A stretch of DNA of 64,000 nucleotides from Candidatus Nanoarchaeia archaeon (GTDB lineage: Archaea > Nanobdellota > Nanobdellia > Woesearchaeales > ARS49): the NCBI GenBank assembly GCA_041484255.1, contig JBGPHE010000001.1, forward strand, positions 6,240 to 70,239. Direction: 5' to 3'. The notes under the pieces were generated by a model that did no database searches, was not told the origin of the DNA, and worked only from the letters and a program-made list of their open reading frames with translations. A program made the translations under genes and the position numbers. How positions within the stretch are numbered: position 1 is the stretch's first letter; every line of letters begins with the position of its first letter. Below, one piece after another: positions 18,772 to 27,228 of this stretch.

Positions 18772-18962
18772 GTTGTCCCACTCACTCACCGTGCAGGCCC
18801 GCACGAATGGAAAAAGAGTGGGCAAAAATGGCTTTAAACATTATGACACATTATCCCATGAAGACTGCATTTACTCCTCATTTGTGTCAAATGTGACAAA
18901 TGACGAAAAGTATATATAGCACAATTCCTCACCGAATGCACAGCGATTGGGGGTGTACAGTG

Positions 18963-19607
18963 ATGCAGAAACCAAACATCAACCAGACCGTCTGGAAAAT
19001 CCTCGCGAGCGACCTCGCCGTGCAGAAAGGATTCAGCAAGAAAATCATCAACACGCGCGCGCTCGCCAAGCACATTCTGAAAACGTACGAGTTGCCGGCA
19101 TCGCTGGACTCGATCATCTCCGCAATCCGCAGATTCCAGGGAGCGGACCACTTCGAGGAGAACGAGAAAGACCTGCTCCACATTTTCCGCGACGCGGTCG
19201 TGAGCACCAAGAACAATGTCGCGTGCATCACGCTCGGCATCCGCTCGATGGACCTGTTCAACAAGATCTGCCGCGCAGGCGACCACCTCATCCCGTTCAA
19301 GGTCACGACCGGCAGCGAGGAAATCAAGGTCTTGGTGGAACAGCCGCACCTCGACGAAGTCAAGGCGTGGTTTGACAAGAAGGACGTCATCGATATCGAC
19401 AAAGACCTGAGCGAACTGCTCGTCGTGGTGTCGGACAAGTCCGTGCACACCAAGGGCGTGCTTTCGCGCATCGCGAACGAGCTGTCGCTCGCGAACATCA
19501 ACATCCACGAGCTCATCATGTGCCCGCCCGAGTTCGTCCTGTACGTCAAGGAGAAGGACATCGTCAAGGCGCACGAGGCCATCCTGAAGCTGTGCGAAGA
19601 GCGCTGA
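18963..19607 (+). CDS. ACT-domain-containing putative regulatory protein (COG2150-like)
   Basis: C-terminal ACT-like region (LLVVVSDKSVHTKGVLSRIANELSLANINIHEL). TATA TATATATA at 18911-18918. T-run after the stop. Confidence 0.45.
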   Translation: MQKPNINQTVWKILASDLAVQKGFSKKIINTRALAKHILKTYELPASLDSIISAIRRFQGADHFEENEKDLLHIFRDAVVSTKNNVACITLGIRSMDLFNKICRAGDHLIPFKVTTGSEEIKVLVEQPHLDEVKAWFDKKDVIDIDKDLSELLVVVSDKSVHTKGVLSRIANELSLANINIHELIMCPPEFVLYVKEKDIVKAHEAILKLCEER

Positions 19608-19618
19608 TTCTTTTCTTC
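19608..19618 (+). terminator. Oligo-T terminator after the ACT-domain gene (TTCTTTTCTTC)
   Basis: T-run after the TGA at 19605-19607. Confidence 0.3.
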
Positions 19619-19666
19619 AGGAGTAGTAACAAAGATTATTAGAGCGCAAGCGCTCGACGGAAGCAT

Positions 19667-20659
19667 ATGACCATCCGCGTCGCCATCAATGGCTTCGGCC
19701 GCATCGGCAGGCAGGTGCTTCAGGCAGGGCTGCACGACCCCAAGATCGAGTGGGTCGCGGTCAATGACCTCACCGACACCAAGACGCTCGCATACTTGCT
19801 CAAGCACGACTCGGTCTATGGCATGTCGCCGAACAAAATCGTCGCGAAAGATAAGAGCATCGTGATTGACGGCACCGAAGTCAAGGTCTTCGCGGAAAAA
19901 GATCCCGCTGCATTGCCGTGGGGCAAGCTCGACGTCGATGTCGTCGTGGAAAGCACTGGCTTTTTCACCAACAGAGAAGGCGCAGAATTGCACTTGAAGG
20001 CAGGCGCGGGCAAAGTGTTCATCTCTGCGCCGGCAAAGAATCCCGACATCACGGTCGTCAAGGGCGTGAACGAGCATATGTACAACAAGAAGAAGCACAA
20101 CATCATCAGCAATGGCAGTTGCACGACCAACTGCATCGCGTTGCTGTTCAAAGTCCTCAATGACAATTTCACGGTCGAGCGCGGATTTTTGCAGACCGTG
20201 CACGCGTACACGGCGACGCAGAAGCTTGTCGATACTCCTGATGCAAAAGACTGGAGACGCGGACGAGCGGCAGCGGTCAACATGGTTCCGACGTCGACAG
20301 GCGCGGCAACGACCGTAGAAGAAGTCATTCCTGAACTGAAAGGCAAGCTCAATGGCATCGCAGTCCGTGTTCCGGTCGTCTGCGGCAGCTTTGGCTCGGT
20401 ATTTGCCCAGCTCAAGAAGCCCGCGACCGTGGAAAAAATCAACTGGCTGTTCAAGGAAGTGAGCAAGTATCACTTGAAGGGCATCCTGGAATACAGCGAG
20501 GACGCATTGGTCAGCACAGACATTCTCAAGAACCCGCACTCGTGCGTCTTTGACTCGGCGATGACGCAGGTCATCGGCAACATGGTCACGGCAAGCGGCT
20601 GGTATGACAACGAGTGGGGCTTCTCGAACCGCATGATTGACATGCTCAAGCTGTTGTGA
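19667..20659 (+). CDS. gap: Glyceraldehyde-3-phosphate dehydrogenase, type I (bacterial/eukaryotic type)
   Basis: N-terminal NAD motif INGFGRIGR and active-site SNGSCTTNCIA (type I ASCTTNCLAP signature). Confidence 0.9.
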   Translation: MTIRVAINGFGRIGRQVLQAGLHDPKIEWVAVNDLTDTKTLAYLLKHDSVYGMSPNKIVAKDKSIVIDGTEVKVFAEKDPAALPWGKLDVDVVVESTGFFTNREGAELHLKAGAGKVFISAPAKNPDITVVKGVNEHMYNKKKHNIISNGSCTTNCIALLFKVLNDNFTVERGFLQTVHAYTATQKLVDTPDAKDWRRGRAAAVNMVPTSTGAATTVEEVIPELKGKLNGIAVRVPVVCGSFGSVFAQLKKPATVEKINWLFKEVSKYHLKGILEYSEDALVSTDILKNPHSCVFDSAMTQVIGNMVTASGWYDNEWGFSNRMIDMLKLL

Positions 20660-20669
20660 GTTCACAAAT

Positions 20670-20677
20670 CTTAAATA
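20670..20677 (+). promoter_or_regulatory. TATA-like CTTAAATA for pgk
   Basis: 23 bp upstream of the ATG at 20700. Confidence 0.35.
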
Positions 20678-20699
20678 GCCATAGTTCTCGTGCAAATGT

Positions 20700-21899
20700 A
20701 TGCCTGCCTTCGCGTCGCTGAAAGAGTTGCCGATTCGCGAAGGCAAGCGTGTTCTTGTGCGCGCTGATTTGAACGTTCCGCTGGACAAGCAGGGCAACAT
20801 CACAGACGACACGCGCATCCGCGAGTCCTTGCCGACGATTCAATTCCTTCTGAAAAAGAAAGCGATTGTGCTCCTCTTGTCGCATCTCGGCCGTCCGGAA
20901 GGCGTGGACGAGCATTTGCGCATGGACGCGGTCGCTGCGCGGCTGAGCAAGCTGCTGAAACAGCCGGTGCTGAAACTTGAGGACTGCATCGGCGCAGAAG
21001 TAGATGAAGAAATCGGCGAGATGCGCTCAGGCGAGGTCATGATGCTCGAAAACGTTCGCTTCCACCCTGAAGAAGAGGCGAACGACGACGCGTTTGCGCG
21101 CTCATTTGCAGAAATTGCGGATTTTTACGTTGATGATGCGTTCGGCAGCTGCCATCGCGCGCACGCGAGCGTTGTCGGCGTGCCGCAGTACCTGCCGAGC
21201 GCTGCGGGATTCCTGCTCGAGAAGGAAATCGCGATGCTGAGCAAGGCAGTGTCGCCGAAAAAACCGTTCGTGGTCGTGCTGGGCGGCGCGAAAGTGAGCG
21301 ACAAGATCGGCGTGATTGAGAATCTCGCCAAAAAGGCAGACCAAGTCTTGATCGGCGGCGCGATGATGTTCACGTTCCTGAAAGCGCAGGGCAAAAATGT
21401 CGGCAGCAGCAGGTTCGAGAGCGACAAAGTCGCGCTCGCGAAGAAATTGCTTGCGAAGTTCAAGGGCAAAATCATGCTTCCTGAGGACGTGGTCGTCGCA
21501 AAGAAGGCAGATGCCAAGTCAGCGACCAAGATTGTCGCGAGCAACAGCATTCCCGCGGGCTGGATGGGCTTGGACATCGGCCCGAAGACCGTCAAAAGCT
21601 ACACGATCTCGCTCAAGAAGGCAAAAACAGTGTTCTGGAACGGCCCGATGGGTATGTTTGAGCTCGCGCCGTTCGCAAAAGGCACAAAAGCCATCGCGCT
21701 CGCCGTCGGCAAGCTCAACGCAACAACAATCGTCGGTGGCGGCGACAGCGCGGCAGCCGTTCAGGAATGGAAGCTCGCGAACAAGTTTTCGCACGTCTCC
21801 ACTGGCGGCGGAGCATCGCTGGAATTCCTGGAAGGAAAGACATTGCCAGGCATTGCCGCGTTAGAAGCGAGCGCAAAGCGATTCGGTCTTAGAAAGTAA
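20700..21899 (+). CDS. pgk: Phosphoglycerate kinase (bacterial-like)
   Basis: [31 protein letters not shown]-terminal signature and hinge/ATP motifs. TATA-like at 20670-20677. Confidence 0.9.
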   Translation: MPAFASLKELPIREGKRVLVRADLNVPLDKQGNITDDTRIRESLPTIQFLLKKKAIVLLLSHLGRPEGVDEHLRMDAVAARLSKLLKQPVLKLEDCIGAEVDEEIGEMRSGEVMMLENVRFHPEEEANDDAFARSFAEIADFYVDDAFGSCHRAHASVVGVPQYLPSAAGFLLEKEIAMLSKAVSPKKPFVVVLGGAKVSDKIGVIENLAKKADQVLIGGAMMFTFLKAQGKNVGSSRFESDKVALAKKLLAKFKGKIMLPEDVVVAKKADAKSATKIVASNSIPAGWMGLDIGPKTVKSYTISLKKAKTVFWNGPMGMFELAPFAKGTKAIALAVGKLNATTIVGGGDSAAAVQEWKLANKFSHVSTGGGASLEFLEGKTLPGIAALEASAKRFGLRK

Positions 21900-23145
21900 C
21901 CGTCACCGATGTTCCTGTCGCGCCTTTCAGTTTCTCTTCGAGCGCTTTCTTGAGCGATTCCACATTGATGCGCTCTATATCTTTCTTCAATTGCGCGCTG
22001 CGCTGCTCATTGAGCTGGGCATTGCGTCGCGTTTCCTCACGAAGCCGCTGGATGCGCGCAAGTGTCTTGGACGCTTCGCACGCTTCAACGGCAAGCTGGG
22101 CGTCTTTCTCTGCCTTTGCAACCTGGCCGTACTCGCGCATCCAGATGCCGAGATAGCTCTTGGTCAGAATCGCCATTGCCTCGTTCACCTGCGATTTCTT
22201 GTCGCCGAGCGCGAGGCGATCGAACGTGAGAAGCCGCTCGATGTCCGACAGCACTTCAAGCAAGTCGAGGTGCAGGTCTTCGGTGAGCGTCTTGACCGGG
22301 TCGCGGAGATACTTTTCGACGAGCGTGACGTGGCGCGTGGCCATGCGGTAGAATTTTCTGAGCGCGGGCTCGAGCAGGATGAACACATTGCGGACTTTTT
22401 GCTCGTGCGACTGGACGCGTTTCTGCGCTTCTGCGACTTTGCCGAGCGCTTCTTGTCGGAGAGCGTCTTTCAGCAGGCGTTCTTCTTCGGTGGCAAGGGC
22501 CTTGACCGAGTGCGCGGCTTCGGCGGTCTGTTTTTCCAGATCCGCGCGCTCGCGCTGCAGTCCGATGAACTGCTGCCGGCGGATGGCGATGAGCGCGATG
22601 TCGCGGCGTGCCGCTTCGTACACGACAGGGTTTGCTTGCGCGTGCAATGCCTTGAGCGCGATGATTTCCTGCTCCATTTGCGCGAGCAACGATGTTATTT
22701 CCTTGCTTTCGTGGGAAAAGAACTCTTGCAGAATCTGGAACGGGCGCAGGATGCCTTGGGTGAATTCCGCGGCGTCCTTGTGGTGCTGGTCAAAGAACGC
22801 GCCGAGCTGTTCGGTCGCGTTGGGAACAACGAGCTTGTCGAGATAGGTCGTGACCCTGCGCGAGTATTCCTCGCGGTTTCCCTGCATGAAGTCCTTGGCA
22901 CGCTCAGGAATGTCAGGATTGAGCAGCTGAGCGGACTGCAAGACTGAGACTTTCTCGCGCACGGTCGCGGCAAATTGGTCGATGCGCATGCGCGTCGCGG
23001 CCAATTGCTCGACGATGCGCGCGTTCAGCGGCGAACGGCTCTGCCGCAGCCAATCCTCAAGCTCGGCGAGCGGCACGGTCGCGACGCTCTGCGCTTCGGC
23101 GCGCGGCTTTCCGCCTCCGAACAGCGCCTTCAACAGCTTCAGCAT
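21889..23145 (-). CDS. Hypothetical coiled-coil protein (419 aa)
   Basis: Long ORF. Start chosen at MLKLLKALFGG (23145), with TATA-like (revcomp of GTTTTTATAG) at 23166-23175. Highly helical with charged repeats. Confidence 0.4.
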   Translation of the reverse strand: MLKLLKALFGGGKPRAEAQSVATVPLAELEDWLRQSRSPLNARIVEQLAATRMRIDQFAATVREKVSVLQSAQLLNPDIPERAKDFMQGNREEYSRRVTTYLDKLVVPNATEQLGAFFDQHHKDAAEFTQGILRPFQILQEFFSHESKEITSLLAQMEQEIIALKALHAQANPVVYEAARRDIALIAIRRQQFIGLQRERADLEKQTAEAAHSVKALATEEERLLKDALRQEALGKVAEAQKRVQSHEQKVRNVFILLEPALRKFYRMATRHVTLVEKYLRDPVKTLTEDLHLDLLEVLSDIERLLTFDRLALGDKKSQVNEAMAILTKSYLGIWMREYGQVAKAEKDAQLAVEACEASKTLARIQRLREETRRNAQLNEQRSAQLKKDIERINVESLKKALEEKLKGATGTSVTVTF

Positions 23146-23198
23146 ATGCACGGCAGAATGGCGAAAGGTTTTTATAGGTTCGTGACAGGCAGAAGGTA

Positions 23199-23513
23199 GT
23201 GAAAAAGGGGGAGTACGCAAAAGCGAAACAGCAGCAGCGCCAGAGCGCTCTCCAGCAAATTCACGTATTGTTCGACGCCGCGGCGCTGGCGTTCCCGTCC
23301 GATGCAGCAAAAGCAGACGCGATGGTGGCGAAAGCGCACAAATTGATGCAGCGGAGCAAGGTGAAGCTGCCTGTTCTGCTCAAAAAACGCTTTTGCAAGG
23401 AGTGCAAGGCGCTTTGGGTGCCCGGAAACACGGTGCGCGTGCGGCTGACCAAGGGAAGGCTCGTGTACACCTGCCTGAAATGCAAGCGTATCCAGCGCAT
23501 GCCACTCAGATAG
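23199..23513 (+). CDS. rnp4: Ribonuclease P protein component 4 (Rpp21/Rpr2 family)
   Basis: Rpr2 zinc ribbon RFCKECKALWVPGNTVRVRL...LVYTCLKCKRIQR (CxxC...CxxC) preceded by a basic helical region. Confidence 0.7.
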   Translation: MKKGEYAKAKQQQRQSALQQIHVLFDAAALAFPSDAAKADAMVAKAHKLMQRSKVKLPVLLKKRFCKECKALWVPGNTVRVRLTKGRLVYTCLKCKRIQRMPLR

Positions 23514-23570
23514 CCATTCTGTTAACCTATTTAACAAAAGAGCCTTTTCGTTCAAGGTAACACCACAAAC

Positions 23571-23578
23571 CTTATATA
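23571..23578 (+). promoter_or_regulatory. TATA box CTTATATA, candidate promoter of the giant-gene operon (small ORF 23627 plus genes 1-3)
   Basis: 49 bp upstream of the GTG at 23627. Followed by the inverted repeat 23584-23604. Confidence 0.45.
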
Positions 23579-23583
23579 CCTCT

Positions 23584-23604
23584 AATGTTAGTCTAACTAA
23601 CATT
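23584..23604. promoter_or_regulatory. Perfect 9-bp inverted repeat AATGTTAGT-cta-ACTAACATT at the predicted transcription start of the giant operon
   Basis: Seen directly in the sequence. Centred about 20 bp downstream of the TATA. Confidence 0.4.
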
Positions 23605-23626
23605 CGCATCGTCGGGGACAACAAGA

Positions 23627-23917
23627 GTGAAAAAAGAGGGTGTTGAGAGTAAAGAGTACGAGAAATTCATACCGAGAGTCATCTTCACCTACTCGACGGA
23701 GCATCTTCTCAAGAAAGACAAGGTCAGATTCTATTACGCGCTGAAGGGCCGCGACGGAAAAACCGGCATCGTCAAGCGCTGCGCCATCGAACAGCTCGGC
23801 CGCACCGTGCTTCTCGTCCCGACGAAACACGCGGCAGATGTCGATGAATTCCTGAAGTACTGGAAGTGCGAATTCCAGCAGCGCCGCGTGCTCGTCGAGC
23901 CGGGAGTGGGCAAATGA
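23627..23917 (+). CDS. Small basic protein (96 aa) heading the giant-gene operon; GTG start, no internal Met
   Basis: ORF with GTG start 49 bp after TATA 23571-23578. Its TGA overlaps the ATG of giant gene 1 (ATGA at 23914-23917). Confidence 0.4.
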   Translation: MKKEGVESKEYEKFIPRVIFTYSTEHLLKKDKVRFYYALKGRDGKTGIVKRCAIEQLGRTVLLVPTKHAADVDEFLKYWKCEFQQRRVLVEPGVGK

Positions 23918-26900
23918 CTCCTGAAAAGCGCGTCGCGTTCGCCGTGCTCCTCTGCGCGGCGATTATCGGCGCAGGCGTGATGCTGCGCGATGCGCACGTG
24001 ACCGGCGATGCGACGTTCGGCACAACAGACTTCACGACGCAGGCAGTCGTCGCGCCCAAGCAGGTCATCCTCATCATCGTCGACGGAATGCAGTACAACC
24101 ATTACGTCACCATGCTGGGCTTCGGCAACCTGTCGAACTTCACGCGGCTGCTGAGCCGCGGCGGCTTCAACACCACGCTGAACATCACAAAGCACACCAG
24201 CACGGTCACCGCGCCGGGCAACGCAGAAATCTACACCGGATTGGGCAGCAGCATCACCGGCGTGACCTCGGACAACTGCAGCACGCCGGTGCCGGTCAAC
24301 ACCACCATCTTTGAGCGGCTCAAACAGTTCAACGCAAGCATCGCGACCGGGACTGTCTACGGCAAGCAGACCTGCTACATTCCGAACGGCGTGCTCGGCA
24401 ATGCCATGTCCGCAATCGACTGGTTCCAGAACCGGTCGCTGTACACGAATACGAACTGGACCGACAACGGCGATATTTGCGCATACGCCCGCAATGCCTC
24501 CACCAAGGCACAGGAGTTCATCGTCAACAACACCAACCGGTCGTTCTTCCTGGTACCGTACTTCGGCAACCCCGACTGCTCAGGCCATGTCGGCACGGAC
24601 AACTCGGTCAATTACAATAACTCCTTCATCGAGGTTGACTACGCGCTCGGCATCCTGCTGGACACGCTGCGCGACCAGGGCATCGAGAACAACACGGCGA
24701 TCATCATCAGCACCGACCACGGCTGGAACGAGGGAACCACAGGCCACTCAACGTTCAATGCGGACACCGCAATCATCCCCCTCATCACCAACAACCGCAG
24801 TGTCATTGCGAACGCGACCATCCTGGGCGTGCGCCAGCAGTGCGACATCGCACCGACCGTGCTGAGCTATTTCGGCGTGCCCTCGGCGAATTACTCAGAC
24901 ATCATCGCCAATGGCTGCTACTCGATGTACGACTCGCTGTTTGACACGCTCACCGGCTGCGCGACTATCAACGCGAGCACGACGCTCGGCCAGAACATCC
25001 AGGCGCCGGGCTCGGGAAGCTGCATCATCGTGAACGCGGACAATATCACGCTCAGCTGCGCAGGGTTCAGCATCGGCGGCAATGCGGCCGGCACCGGCAT
25101 CAATGTCACGAACCGCGCGAATGTCACCATCAAGGACTGCGTTCTTGAGAATTTCACCAACAACATTGTCCTCAACAGCACCAATGCAAGCGTCATCGTC
25201 AACACCACCGCCCGAAAGTCGACGTCCACAAGCATTCTTGTCAGGCAGGGCTTGCGCAACCTCCTCGCAAACAACACAGTCTCCGGCGATTTCATCGGCA
25301 TTCTGCTCTTCAACGGATCCAATAACACCCTGCGCAGCAACAACGTCAGCGGAATCTCGACCGGAATCACGCTGTTTTTCACGCAGAACAACACACTGAT
25401 CAATGATACCGGCGCGAGCACGTCAGGCACCGGCATTTTCCTCACCGCGTCTATCAACAACACGCTGAACAGCGTGCTCGCAACAAGCGTCAGCGGCAAC
25501 GGCCTGATGTTTTCCAGCATGGGTTTGGGAAACAACGTCATCGCGAATACGACCGGCCGCAGCAGCAGCGGCATCGGTGTGTACCTTACGAGCGGCGCGA
25601 ATCTCAATACCCTGCTGAACGTCACTGCCGCAAGCGACAGCAATGCGGCGCTCGCGTTTGACTTTTCCAGCGGAAGCAACCTGTTCAATGACACCACGCT
25701 CCTCAGCAACAGCACGTGGCTGTCGGCAGACAGCGACAGCTACTTCAATACCCTCACCAATGCCAGCTTCGTGTCCCAGTTTGGCGGCATCGCCGTCCTG
25801 AGAAACTTCACCCTTCCGAACGCGACGACCGTCACCCTCGCATCACTGAACATCACGAGCAACCGCGCGTTCCTGAACAGCACGAACCTGTCGTTCCTGA
25901 ACCAGACCGCAGTCATCACGCTGAACGGCGTCACGTCCGTCGACCCGAAGCCGCAGGTGGCCTTGGTCGATGGCGGGGCGTTCTCGGACTGCCTGCCGAC
26001 CGCAGACCCGTTCTGCACCGAACTGAGCTTCAGCGGCGGCGTGTTTGTCTTCAATGTCTCGCATTTCACGACCTTTGCGTCGTTTGAGAGCGCGGACGTG
26101 AATGTGACGCTGACCAAGTCAGACTCGCCCGACCCGGTGAACGCGAGCGGCTATCTGACCTACACTATTACAGTCAATGTCTCAGTGGGCAACGCAAGCA
26201 ATGTAACGCTTACCGATGTCTACCCTGCGCAAGTCATCTTCAATGGCTCCCAGCCCGCGCCGCTTGCCGGAACGAACAACACGTTTGTCCTGGGCAACCT
26301 GTCGCTGAACACCAGCACCGTCGTCAATATCACTGTGCTCGTGCTGAACGTGAGCAACAACACCATCATCAACAATACCGCGAACATCTCGTTCCAGAAC
26401 TCGACCGGCGGCATCGGACGGCTGAACGTGACTGAGAACACTACGGTCATCAACCTCACGTTCCCCGCGCCCTCGCCTTCGCCGACAAGCAGCGGCGGAA
26501 CCAGTGGCGGAGGCGGCTACAGCGTCAGGCCCACACCGAACGCTCCGTCAGTCGCTGCGTCGCAGAACTGCTTCGAAGGCTGGGCGTGCGAAGGCTGGAG
26601 CAGGTGCGAGAATGGCGCGCAGGAGCGCGCGTGCGTTGACCTGAATCACTGCGGCACCGAATCGCTCAAGCCCGCGACGACGCAGTCGTGCGCGAGCCCG
26701 CACGTGCAGGAGCTGGTGCAGGAAGAAGTCGTGGAGCAGCCCGCCGAGCTGCCCCCGCAGCAACCGCAACAGCCTATCCAGTTGCAGATGCAGGGTACAG
26801 AAACGTCTGCCGTGAAGACCGCGTTCTTCACATCCGGAAGCGCGCTGCTCTGGCTGCTCTTGTTCATCATCCTCGGCGGAATCATCGTCACGATCGCATA

Positions 26901-27228
26901 CGCGAAGTTCATGCACCGCGCTCCCGAAGCGCCCGAACCCGACCTTCCGCCCGCGCCGGGACGCGAAGAGCCGCTGCCCGCGCCTGAGCTTGACAATGGC
27001 CTTGCGCAAGAGCACGAAACGCCCTTTACTGAGGAGCTTGAGCTGCAGCCCGCGATAAGCAAGCCCGAACCAGAAGTGCAACGCGCGCTTCCCAAGCCTC
27101 GCGTGGCACGCAGCCGCGAAGAATTGGAGCAGATTGAACGCAAGCTCGCAAGCATTGAGAGTTCATTATCACGCAGCCGGCGCGCCGCACCAAAGCGCAG
27201 CAGCGCACGCAGGAGGACGCGCAAATGA
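23914..27228 (+). CDS. Giant surface protein 1 (1104 aa): signal anchor, nucleotide pyrophosphatase/phosphodiesterase (AlkP-superfamily) domain, parallel beta-helix repeats, DUF11 domain, six-Cys stalk module, TM helix, basic tail
   Basis: Single open frame; domain motifs described in findings; N-x-S/T-rich; C-terminal TM about 26830-26905. Stop overlaps the gene 2 ATG. Confidence 0.8.
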   Translation: MTPEKRVAFAVLLCAAIIGAGVMLRDAHVTGDATFGTTDFTTQAVVAPKQVILIIVDGMQYNHYVTMLGFGNLSNFTRLLSRGGFNTTLNITKHTSTVTAPGNAEIYTGLGSSITGVTSDNCSTPVPVNTTIFERLKQFNASIATGTVYGKQTCYIPNGVLGNAMSAIDWFQNRSLYTNTNWTDNGDICAYARNASTKAQEFIVNNTNRSFFLVPYFGNPDCSGHVGTDNSVNYNNSFIEVDYALGILLDTLRDQGIENNTAIIISTDHGWNEGTTGHSTFNADTAIIPLITNNRSVIANATILGVRQQCDIAPTVLSYFGVPSANYSDIIANGCYSMYDSLFDTLTGCATINASTTLGQNIQAPGSGSCIIVNADNITLSCAGFSIGGNAAGTGINVTNRANVTIKDCVLENFTNNIVLNSTNASVIVNTTARKSTSTSILVRQGLRNLLANNTVSGDFIGILLFNGSNNTLRSNNVSGISTGITLFFTQNNTLINDTGASTSGTGIFLTASINNTLNSVLATSVSGNGLMFSSMGLGNNVIANTTGRSSSGIGVYLTSGANLNTLLNVTAASDSNAALAFDFSSGSNLFNDTTLLSNSTWLSADSDSYFNTLTNASFVSQFGGIAVLRNFTLPNATTVTLASLNITSNRAFLNSTNLSFLNQTAVITLNGVTSVDPKPQVALVDGGAFSDCLPTADPFCTELSFSGGVFVFNVSHFTTFASFESADVNVTLTKSDSPDPVNASGYLTYTITVNVSVGNASNVTLTDVYPAQVIFNGSQPAPLAGTNNTFVLGNLSLNTSTVVNITVLVLNVSNNTIINNTANISFQNSTGGIGRLNVTENTTVINLTFPAPSPSPTSSGGTSGGGGYSVRPTPNAPSVAASQNCFEGWACEGWSRCENGAQERACVDLNHCGTESLKPATTQSCASPHVQELVQEEVVEQPAELPPQQPQQPIQLQMQGTETSAVKTAFFTSGSALLWLLLFIILGGIIVTIAYAKFMHRAPEAPEPDLPPAPGREEPLPAPELDNGLAQEHETPFTEELELQPAISKPEPEVQRALPKPRVARSREELEQIERKLASIESSLSRSRRAAPKRSSARRRTRK
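24052..24900 (+). other. Nucleotide pyrophosphatase/phosphodiesterase (type I phosphodiesterase, AlkP-superfamily) domain of giant protein 1
   Basis: Motifs in NPP-like order: IIVDG (24079-24093), KHTSTVTAPG...YTG (Thr nucleophile context, about 24205-24240), PYFGNPDCSGHVG (24571-24594), STDHGW (24707-24724). Confidence 0.6.
26569..26691 (+). other. Six-Cys membrane-proximal module, copy in gene 1 (CFEGWACEGWSRCENGAQERACVDLNHCGTESLKPATTQSC)
   Basis: Conserved pattern shared with 35943-36065 and 52951-53073. Confidence 0.7.

Noticed and set aside
17287-18837. 516-aa plus-strand ORF antisense to the 2-hydroxyacid dehydrogenase and neighbouring gene
   Set aside because: Spans two confidently called minus-strand genes and an intergenic region; Arg/Ala-rich translation typical of antisense GC-rich frames.
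18929-20818. 629-aa minus-strand ORF antisense to the ACT-domain gene, gap and the pgk start
   Set aside because: Overlaps the type I GAPDH with clear active-site motifs on the opposite strand.
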